Made by a program: the position numbers and the translations under genes | The notes under the pieces: generated by a model | What the model saw: only the letters and a program-made list of their open reading frames with translations | What the model was told of the DNA's origin: nothing | Database searches by the model: none | In this document: piece after piece, positions 54,337 to 64,000 of the stretch | Layout of the letters: each line of letters opens with the position of its first letter | Position numbering within the stretch: the first letter of the stretch is position 1 | NCBI RefSeq assembly: GCF_902713615.1 | Contig: NC_052172.1 | Coordinates: forward strand, 11,698,185 to 11,762,184 | DNA from: Scyliorhinus canicula | Taxonomy: Eukaryota | Reading direction: 5' to 3' | Length of the DNA stretch: 64,000 nt

Positions 54337-55910
54337 GGGGGGGACATCCCCAAGATCGGGGGGGGGGGACATCCCCAAGATCGGGGGGGGGGGGACATCC
54401 CCAAGATCGGGGGGGGGGGGGACATCCCCAAGATCGGGGGGGGGGACACATCCCCAAGATCGGGGGGGGGGGGGGACATCCCCAAGATCGGGGGGGGGAC
54501 ACATCCCCAAGATCGGGGGGGGGGGGACATCCCCAAGATCGGGGGGGGGGGACATCCCCAAGATCGGGGGGGGGGACATCCCCAAGATCGGGGGGGGGGG
54601 GACATCCCCAAGATCGGGGGGGGGGCATCCCCAAGATCGGGGGGGGGGGGGACATCCCCAAGATCGGAGGGGGGGGGACATCCCCAAGATCGGGGGGGGG
54701 GACATCCCCAAGATGGGGGGGGGGACATCCCCAAGATCGGGGGGGGGGGGGGGGACATCCCCAAGATCGGGGGGGGGACATCCCCAAGATCGGGGGGGGG
54801 GACCATCCCCAAGATCGGGGGGGGGACCATCCCCAAGATCGGGGGGGGGACCATCCCCAAGATGGAGGGGGGGGGACATCCCCAAGATCGGGGGGGGGGG
54901 GGACATCCCCAAGATCGGGGGGGGGGGACCATCCCCAAGATGGAGGGGGGGGGAACCATCCCCAAGATGGAGGGGGGGGACCATCCCCAAGATGGGGGGG
55001 GGGGGCATCCCCAAGAGGGGGGGGGGGACCATCCCCAAGATGGGGGGGGGGGACCATACCCAAGATCGGGGGGGGGGGGGGGGGGGGAAACCATCCCTAA
55101 GATCGGAGGGGGGAACCATCCCCAATATCGGGGGTGGGGGGGAGAAACCATCCCCAAGATCGGTGGTGGGGGGTAAACCATCCCCAAGATGGGGGGGGGG
55201 GTGAAGCCATCCCCAAGACAGGGGGGGGGGGCGCATCCATCCCCAAGACAGGGGGGGGCATCCATCTCCAAGAGGGGGGGGGGGGGCATCCATCTCCAAG
55301 ACAGGGTGTCATCCATCGCTGAGAGGAGGTGCATCCATCCCCAAGACAGGGGGGGGGGGGGGGGGGGGGGGGCAAGTGGGCATCCATCCCTAAGATGGGG
55401 GGCATCCATCCCTAAGACGGGGGGGGGGGCAGGACATCCATCCCCAAGACAGGGGGGGGGGACATCCATCCCCAAGACAGGGGGGGACATCCATCCCCAA
55501 GACGGGGGGGGGGGGGACATCCATCCCCGAGACAGCGCGGGGGGGGGGGGGGGACATCCATCCCCAAGATGAGGGGGGTGCATTCATCCCCACGACGGGA
55601 GGGGGGGGGCATCCATCCCCTAGGGGGGTGGGGAGCATCCATCCCTAAGGCGGGGGAGGGGGGTATCCATCCGCAATACAGGAGGGGGGGTTGGGCATCC
55701 ATCTCCAAGACAAGGAGGGGGCATCCATCCCCAAGGCATGGGGAGCATCCATCCCCAAAGGGGGGTGGGGGCAGGCATCCATCACCAAGACAAGGGGGTC
55801 AGGCATCCATCACCAAGACAAGGGGGTCAGGCATCCATCACCAAGACAAGGGGGTCAGGCATCCATCACCAAGACAAGGGGGTCATCCATCCTCAAGACA
55901 AGGGGGCAGG
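54337..55910 (+). repeat. G-rich minisatellite (Gn ACATCCCCAAGATC)n evolving into (Gn CATCCATCCCCAAGACA)n
   Basis: Directly visible; ~22-30 bp units with variable poly-G. Confidence 0.95.
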
Positions 55911-57189
55911 TATCCTTTGCCATGGTTAGTGGGGGGTGGGGTCTGGTTGCTGGAAAGGCAAAAATAGGAAGAATTGCCACCAGGGGCAGTGTAATAATAC
56001 AAAGGGTGCAGAGCAGGGGGCCTCAGAAGAGCGCAGTCAGGAAAAGGTAAATGCAAGAACGAGGAAAATTGCACATCACAGAATCAAATAATGGCCTTAA
56101 AATACTGCAATAGAGGGCAGCACGGTGGCGCAGTGGTTAGCACTGCTGCATCACGGCACCGAGGTCCCGGGTCACTCCGTGTGAAGTTTGCACATTCTCC
56201 CCATGTTTGCGTGGGTTTCACCCCCACAATCCAAAGATATGCAGGCTAGCTGGATTGGCCACGCTAAATCTTTAATTGGAAAAAATGAATTGGGTACTCA
56301 AAATGTATTTATTTTTTAAAATACTGCAATTGCAACAAAAACAAACAGTGCACACTACTCCGACGGTTACTGGAAGTCATGCAAATAGCAAAGAATTAAT
56401 TATAACTTGAGCACTAATGATACAGTGGGTAAGGAACTGGGCACCAAGATGGAAACATGATGCTGTTTACAGGATTGTGTTGTGATGGTTCTGTTTACTG
56501 CTACAAGCCAAGGTGCCATAGCTCGTAACGTTTATGGACCTGCTTTAATATTTGCCAGAATGTAGCATGTCAACACAGGAGGGGACCATTCAGCCCATCA
56601 AGTCCGCAGAGCTATCCAATCAATCTAATTTCTCCGTTCTATCACCGTGGCCGTGCGATTTTATTCCCCTCAAATTTCAAACGTATATCACACTTGCATA
56701 TAGCTTGTTTACTAAAATGTAATTAAGCGACTTAAGGGGGTGGGAGGGAGAGGAAAGTGATCGCCTGGCCCCTTTAAGGGACGATCCCATGCGGTTAGTG
56801 TGAACCATGGCCAACAGCAAGACAGGGCAGGGCCCTGGAGCATGGGCTCTGGAAGTGTGGATCCTGGAGCAAGAGAATTAAGGCCTATTCATCATTGCTC
56901 TCTGCCTGTGCATAGTTATCTCTGCCTATTGTTAATAAACCCCTTTTGCTGTTACTGGAATACTCCAGTGTATTTTCTCGAGCCACCAAACCCACCATGA
57001 CAGATGGTTAAATCTGGAATTAAAAGTCTAATGCAAAAGCCCATTTGGTTCACTATCACCCCTTTGGGAAAGGAAATCTTACCCCCTCATCTGGGTCTGG
57101 CCTACATGCGACTCCAGACTCTGAAATGTCCAGTAAGCCACTCAGTTCGGGATGGGCCCAGCTCCCGGCACCCACATCCCATGAGTTAA

Positions 57190-60100
57190 TGTAAAAACAA
57201 TCCTTCCTTAAATGAGTAAACCAATACTGTACATAATATTTGAATGCCCTGTATAACTGAAGCAAAGACAGTACAGGAACAGCCCCTTCGGCCCTCCAAG
57301 CCTGCGCCAATCATGCTGTCTTTCAACTAAAACCTCCCTTCTTTTGTATTCAATTCCCCTCGCAGTAAATCATAACATTCTACTTCCTTTCCTAATTACT
57401 TCCTGTACCTGCATTCTAACCTTTGCAATTCAAGCACTAGAGCCCCATAGTCCCTTTGCAATCTCTCACCATTTAGATAACGCACTTTTTTTATCCTTCT
57501 CGCCCAAATGTCATATTTATGTCTAGTCTCTGTTAGAGAGCCATGTTAATATGTTATCCGCTACACCATAAGCTTTTATATTCTGCAATATCCTTTGATG
57601 TGGCACCTTATCAAAATCTAAGTACAGTACATGCACCGGTTCCCCTTTATCCACAGCACGTTACTTCTTCAAAGAACTCCAATTTTATGGCCATATGATT
57701 TCCCTTTCACAAAACCAGGTTGACTCTGCCCGATTTATCTTGACTTTATCTAAATACCCTGCTATAACGTCCTTAATAATAACTTCTAACATTTGCCCCA
57801 AGACAGATGCTATGCCAACTGGCCTGTTGTATACTGTTTTCGTCTTCCTCCCTGTTTTAAACAAAGGAGTTACTAGCTATTTTTCAATCTAATGGAATCT
57901 TCCCCGAATCTAGGGAATTTTGTAATATTTGAGCCAATGCATCAACTACCTCATTAGCCACTTTTTTTAAGACCCTAGGCTAGTGCGAATCCATTGGGAT
58001 CTGGGGACTCATCAGCTCCTATCTCTAACAATTTGTTCAGTACTAATTCCCTGGTGATTGTGATTTTCTTGAGTTCCTCTTCTATAATGAAGACCAATGC
58101 AAAATGCCTGTTCAATTCACCTGCCACCTGCTTGTTTTCCATTTTTAATCCCCCAAACTCAGTTTCTGGAAAGCCACCACTCACATTGTTAATTATTTTC
58201 TTTTTAAAATCTCTAGAGAACTTCTACCATCTATTTTTATATTTCTAACTAGCTTTTCTCTGATTCTCAAATTTCTTCCTCCTCATCAATAATTTAGTCA
58301 TTCTTTGTTGATTCTTGCAATTATATGCTTTTTCTTTAAGTTTGATACTATGTTCAACTTTTTTTAGTTAATCACGGATGGTGGGTCCTCCCCTTGGTAT
58401 TTTTCTATCTCGTTGAAATGGATCCATTGAAATATTCCCTTAAATGTCTGCCACTGCATCTCTAGTGTCCTATCCCTTTAAGCTATTTGGCCAGTTCACT
58501 TTAAGTGGCCCTCATAATTGCTCTTATTTAAGTTCAAAACACTAGTCTTAGGCCCACATTTCTCTCTCTCAATTTAACGTTCAGTCAATTGTTGCTCACT
58601 TGGGTGGTACGGTGGTGCAGTGGTTAGCACTGCTGCCTCACGGTGCCAAGGACCTGGGTTCGATCCCAACTCTGGGAGTTTGCACATTCTCCCCATGTCT
58701 ACGTGGGTCTCACCCCCCCCCCCCCCCCAACAACCCAAAAATATGCAAGGTAGGTGGACTGGCCACACAAAATTGCCCCTTAATTGGAATTTAAAACAAA
58801 ATTATTGCCCACTTAAAGGCTGCATCCTGCCTTAAAGACCCAGCATCAGGTAATGGGATACCTGTTGAGAGCAACCCCTCTTCCCTTGCTGCCCATCTCC
58901 CACCCCTACACCTCCCACCGCCCACCACACTAAACCCCTTCCACCATCACACACAATCATAGAATTTACAGTGCAGAAGGAGTCCATTCAACCCTTCGAG
59001 TCTGCACCCTACACAAGCCCACACCACCAACCTATCCCCATAACCCAGGAACCCCACCTAACCCAAGGGCAATTGATCACGGCCAACCCTCTTAACCTGC
59101 ACATCTTTGGATTGTGGGAGAAAACCGGAGCACCCAGAGGAAACCCACACAGACACGGGGAGAACATGCAGACTTCACACAGTCACCCAAGCCGGGATTC
59201 AAACCTGGGACCCTGGATCTGTGAAGCAACTGTGCTATCGTGCCACCCCCTATAGCCTGGGTTGCCTCCTACTATCCTGAGCCTCCTGTGGGAGTAGTTC
59301 TGGCAGCAGCCACCATCCCTCCAATAGTGCTGCTGAGCAAAAAGTTTGCCCACCTCCAATTGGCCTTTTGTCCGAGCCCCGTTATCCTTGAACTCCTGGA
59401 ACTCCCTCCCTAGCAGCACAGTGGGTGTACCTACACCTCAAGGACTGCAGCGGTTCAAGAAGGCAACTCACCACCACCTTCTGAATGGCAACTAGTGATG
59501 GGCAACAAATGCTGGCCTAACCACTGATGACCACATCCCGTAAATTAATAAAACATTATGTTTTATGATTCTGCTTTTTAATTTGGTCCCACGGGCGCTC
59601 ATACTCCTTCAGCAGAATTGCTTTCTTAGTCCTCACCATGTCATTGGTGCTCATGTGGACCACGACAACTGGGTTCTTTCCCATTCTATTCCAGCTTTTC
59701 TTCTCCAGCCCTGAGGAGATGTCCTTAACCCTTGCAGGCAATACAGCCTTCAGGACTCACGCTCACAGCTGCAGAGGAGAGTTTCCAGCCCCCCCTTAAC
59801 TAGACCGTCCAGCAGAATATTATACTCCACCCACTGGAACAGCTCCCTGTACCATGGTGCAGTGGTCAGTTCGTTCATCATCCTGCAGTTCCTGCTCTCG
59901 TCCACCATCCTGCAGTTCCTGCTCTCGTCCACACAAGTTGCAAGAACCTCAAATCCATTGGACAATTGCACAAGCTGAGTCCTCTCTCCATTGTCACTCT
60001 TTGAACCACTCCCCCCCAAACCTACTTCACTCACCGTCACATTCCACTGTCGATGACCACTGAGCCTACGGAGTGTAAATGCCTACTGGAACAAAGTGCC

Positions 60101-60260
60101 CAGATTCCCCCCTCCATGACGCTCAACTGTGCTCGAAACTTGGACTCCAGCTTGTCAACTTGGGGCCAAAGTTCCTCGAGCTGTAGATGTGGTTTCCGTG
60201 GGTCACATTTGTATCCACAAGCTCCCTCCCACATGCTACAGTTGCAATACATCACCTGCC
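57190..60260 (-). mobile_element. Degraded CR1 LINE pieces (RT/EN at 57190-58560, ORF1 at 59560-60260) with inserted SINEs
   Basis: Minus-strand remnants: ORF1 VVVVHMSTNDM, CR1-like 3' end near 57270-57310, ESPDPNG (KSPGPDG-like). Confidence 0.6.
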
Positions 60261-62179
60261 TGGTCATCTTTGTGTTTATCGAATTAGCTTCCAAGTTTAG
60301 AAATATCACTCAACTGTATCAAGTAGTTAACTAGTTAAGCTCCTAATTTACTTCAATACTTATATTTCCACAGTTTAACCTTGTTTTAGATGGATAAAAT
60401 CTTAAAAACTCACCAATCATCTATCTGCTCACCTAATTAAAACCTTAAATTAATTAAAATTTGAACCAGCTACTAGAAGTTGTATCAAAATAAGCAGCAC
60501 TTCCTTCCCCCTTCCCAAATTAGCACTTGTACCTCATCGCAATGTGTTCTCCCATGCTGTGTGTGAGCAAACGCTGTCTACTTTTATAGAGAGCTGATGC
60601 CTCACACCCTAGTTGCAACCGTTAAGTGAGCTTCCCACTAAAAGTGGATTGGATTTGTTTTATTGTCACATGTCCCGAGGTACAGTGAAAAGTATTGTCC
60701 TGCATACAGCTCAGACAGCTTTTTCCAAACATGGAAAGAAAACATAGGACATACATAAATACACAATGTGAATACATAGGCACAGGCAATGGGTGAGCAT
60801 GCGGAGTGTAGTACTGCTCAGCAGAGAAGATGTGTGTTTAACGCCTATTCACTTTCAGTTGCTTGGCAGATAACCGCCACTACCAGGCAGTTTTTATTAA
60901 CTAGACTCCTTAACAAGTTCGCAGTTTCAATGTTCTAAGCCAGCGTTTGAGTGTTAATCTAAATTGTAGCTTGAGAAAAATTGAAGAAGGAAAAAAAAAG
61001 AGATTCCCACTTGCATCTAATTCCCAAGTTAGTCCTTATGCCTCAGGCCTTGTCACACTCTAAGCTCTCTCAGCCTGGGCCCAGCTTTCTGTTCAGAGAA
61101 GGTTCCAAAGAGATAGCGTTTATATAGCAGAATTAATGCAGGAAAATGATGGAGATATTTTTCCCTGAGATTTTAAGTCGGGCCATGCAAGATGATAACA
61201 GGATCAGAGGCAAAAGTCTGGGTCAAACCACACTGCTGTGGGGCTGGAGCCACACGTGTGCCAGACCAGGCAAGGATGGCAGACGTCCCCAATGTAGACC
61301 AGATGTACTTTTACAACAATCAGTTGGTCACCAGGACGGAGACTAGCTTTGGAATTCCAGATTTATTAATTGCATTCAAATCCCACCAATCGAGGTGAGA
61401 TTTGAACCCCTCCCCATTTTTAGAACATACAGTGCAGAAGGAGGCCATTCGGCCCATCGAGTCTGCACCAACCCACTTACACAAGCCCTCACTTCCACCC
61501 TATCCCCGTAACCCAATGACCCCTCCTAACCTTTTTTGTGGACACGAAGGGCAATTTAGCATGGCCAAACCACCGAACCTGCACGTCTTTGGACTGTGGG
61601 AGGAAACCGGAGCACCCGGAGGAAACCCACGCAGACACGGGGAGAACGTGCAGACTCTGCACAGACACTGACCCAGCAGGGAATTGAATCTGGGACCCTG
61701 GCGCTGTGAAGCCACAGTGCTACCCTGTACGGGCACCCACCACCCGCCCCTTTTCAATAATTCTTTTAATGGGCAAAACACACCCATTTCTAATGGGTGC
61801 CGAGGCCATTCAGCATCTTGTTGCTGCCTCCTCAACATTTCCCGCCACCTCCTCGTCAGTTAACCTAGTTTTCCTCAAGCAGTCCCCTAATTTCCCAGAA
61901 AACTAACCCTCACTTGTGACATTTAAGCTGTTAAAAATGCTTCCAAGAGCGAGAGAGGCGTGCAAGTTTCCTGTGATCCAAAAAAAGCTGCACTGCCTGC
62001 ATTACATTATCACCTTCCCCGCGGAGCCTTTCAAAGGCCCCAATTGTTTTAAGCCGTGAGTATTTATAGACGGCTGGTAGATTGTTGGAATCCCATTGAC
62101 TGTGCTAACCATTTTATTTTTAAAAAGACAGTAATAGCACATTTTACTCCGAGCCGCCGCTCACACTAGCCCAGTGGCC

Positions 62180-63030
62180 TCACCAGAGGAAGGACGTGAT
62201 TGCCTTGGAGTGGGTGCAGAGGAGATTCACCAGGATGTTGCCTGGATGGATCATTTGAGCAATGAAGGGAGACAGGATACACTGGGAATATTTCCTTTAG
62301 GGCAGAAAAGGCTGAGGGGGTGCATATGGGGGTATTGAGGGGTATGGACACGGTGGATGGGAAGTAATAATAATAACTTGTCACAAGTAGGCTTCAATGA
62401 AGTTACTGTGAAAAGCCCCTAGTCGCCACATTCCGACGCCTGTTCGGGGAGGCCAGTACGGGAATTGAACCCGCGCTGCTGGCATTGTTCTGCATTACAT
62501 GCCAGCTGTTTAGCCCACTGTGCTAAAGTAGCTGTTTCCCTTGGTTGAAAGGTCAATAACGAGGGGGCGTAATCTTAAAGGTGAGGGGTCGGCGGTTCAG
62601 AGGGGATTTGAGGAAAAACATTTTCACCCAGCGGGTGGTGGGAGATTGCATTGCACTTGCCTGGGAGGGTACGAGAGACACAAAAACTCAGAAGAGTTTA
62701 AAATGTACATGGATGGGGCAGCACGGTGGCACAGCGGTTAGCACTGCTGCATCACAGCACCGAGGGCCATCCCTGTCTGTATGGAGTTTACCCATTCTCC
62801 TCGCGTCTGCATGGGTTTCACCCTCACCAGCCAAAGATGTGCTGGTTAGGTGGATTGGCCACGCTAAATTGCCCCTTAATTGGAAAAAAAAAAGTACATG
62901 GGTGAGCACTTGAAGCATCAAAACATTCAAGCCCTTGGGCCAAGTGCTGGAAAGTGGGGTGAATGTAGATTTAGTAAAGTTCTAACAGTGTAGATTCAGC
63001 GGGCTGAAGGGCCTTTTCTGTACTGCACGA
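62180..63030 (+). mobile_element. CR1 3' fragment with two SINE insertions
   Basis: GTGCAGAGGAGATTCACCAGGATGTTGCC and RGDLRKNIFTQRVV. Confidence 0.75.
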
Positions 63031-63174
63031 CTATCGACAATTGAGGAACTGTTCTGTCTTGAATCTCTCGTGGCTCCCAGCTGTTTTTATTCTTTAACCA
63101 TAAAATTGTTAACACAGCAGGTCTATACCATTCCCCAGCCTTTTCCCCAAACCCCTGAAAATCTTTCCTCTTCC

Positions 63175-64000
63175 GATATTATCCAGTTAATAATGGATAC
63201 CTTCCCCTTATCTCAGACAGTAGTGCCTCTCATTTGTTATTGAATCCCCCTTCGTCATTGCTTTTCTCATCTTAAAAGTTCCAGAGTGGAGCGCCAGTTT
63301 GGGGGGCGTTGATAACAGCGCATCTGCCGTTCCTGCCGGCACGGTACTCCACCAGCCCCGTGGTGGTGACAGACCCGAGAGTCTGGGGGCAATGGAGGAA
63401 GCATGTGGGAGCATCGGTCTGGTCTCCAATCTGCAATAATCACCAGTTTGCCCTGGGAAGGATGGACCCGGGGGGGGGGGGGTCTGGAGATGGCAGAGGG
63501 CAGGAATTGAGAGGATGGGGGATATGTTTATAGAAGGGAGCTTTCCCAGCTAGAGGGAACTGGAGGAGAAATTTGGATTGGCGAAGGGAAACAAATACAG
63601 GTACCTGCAGGTACAGGACTTTCTACGTAGGCAGGTCTCAACCTTCCCGCTCCTACCACCAAGGGGACTACAGGATAGGGTAGTTTCCAGAGTGTGGGTG
63701 GGAGGGAGATGGGAAGGTCTCTGACATCTATAAGGAAGTCATGGGGTCAGAGGACACGCAGACTGAGGAGCTGAAGTGCAAGTGGGAAGAGGGGTTAGGA
63801 GGAGCGATAAAGGATGGTCTCTGGGCGGATGCATTGAGTAGAGTCAACGCGTCCACAACATGCGCCAGGCTCAGCCTGATACAGTTCAAGCTCGTTCACC
63901 GGGCTCACATGACAGTGGTCCGGATGAGCAGATTCTTCGGTGTGGAAAATAGATGTGCAAAGTGTCAAAGTGTGCGGGGGGGGGGGGGGGGGGGGGGGGG
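63175..64000 (+). mobile_element. L1-clade LINE fragment (ORF2 3' region), running off the window end
   Basis: Homologous to the 33.8-34.8 kb part of the L1: PARYSTSPVVV, NHQFALGRMD, CARLSLIQFK, HRAHMT. Confidence 0.85.

Noticed and set aside
53867-55967. 300-470 aa Gly/Pro-rich ORFs in all six frames
   Set aside because: Translation artefacts of the poly-G minisatellite.
55910-64000. RAB4B or another gene diverging from the CIPC-like promoter
   Set aside because: No recognisable coding exon was found by eye and the region is mostly TE debris. A very short exon cannot be excluded.

Overview
Vertebrate genomic DNA, almost certainly from an elasmobranch (shark). The SINE, CR1 and satellite families resemble those of catsharks, but the species is inferred, not proven. 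Three spliced protein-coding genes were reconstructed by hand, with canonical GT-AG introns and consistent phases. SNRPA/U1A is on + (CDS 1999-9380, 6 coding exons, 278 aa). MIA/CD-RAP is on + (19298-28993, 4 exons, 133 aa). A CIPC-like CLOCK-interacting pacemaker gene is on - (50224-43959, 3 coding exons, 439 aa, with a non-coding first exon near 54.0 kb). The rest is mostly transposons (CR1, a full-length L1, Rex/Babar fragments, solo LTRs, a hAT MITE, many SINEs) and several large minisatellites. I see no clearly new multi-gene system. The most interesting signals are: (1) a U1A PIE autoregulatory RNA with one degenerate box, plus an upstream poly(A) signal that would bypass it; (2) a 6-kb MIA intron satellite built from branch-point/AG-like units that supplies the real 3' splice region; (3) a probable CIPC ohnolog lying where mammals have RAB4B; (4) a kB-consensus/G4 array at the promoter of that gene; (5) precisely resolvable nested transposon insertions.
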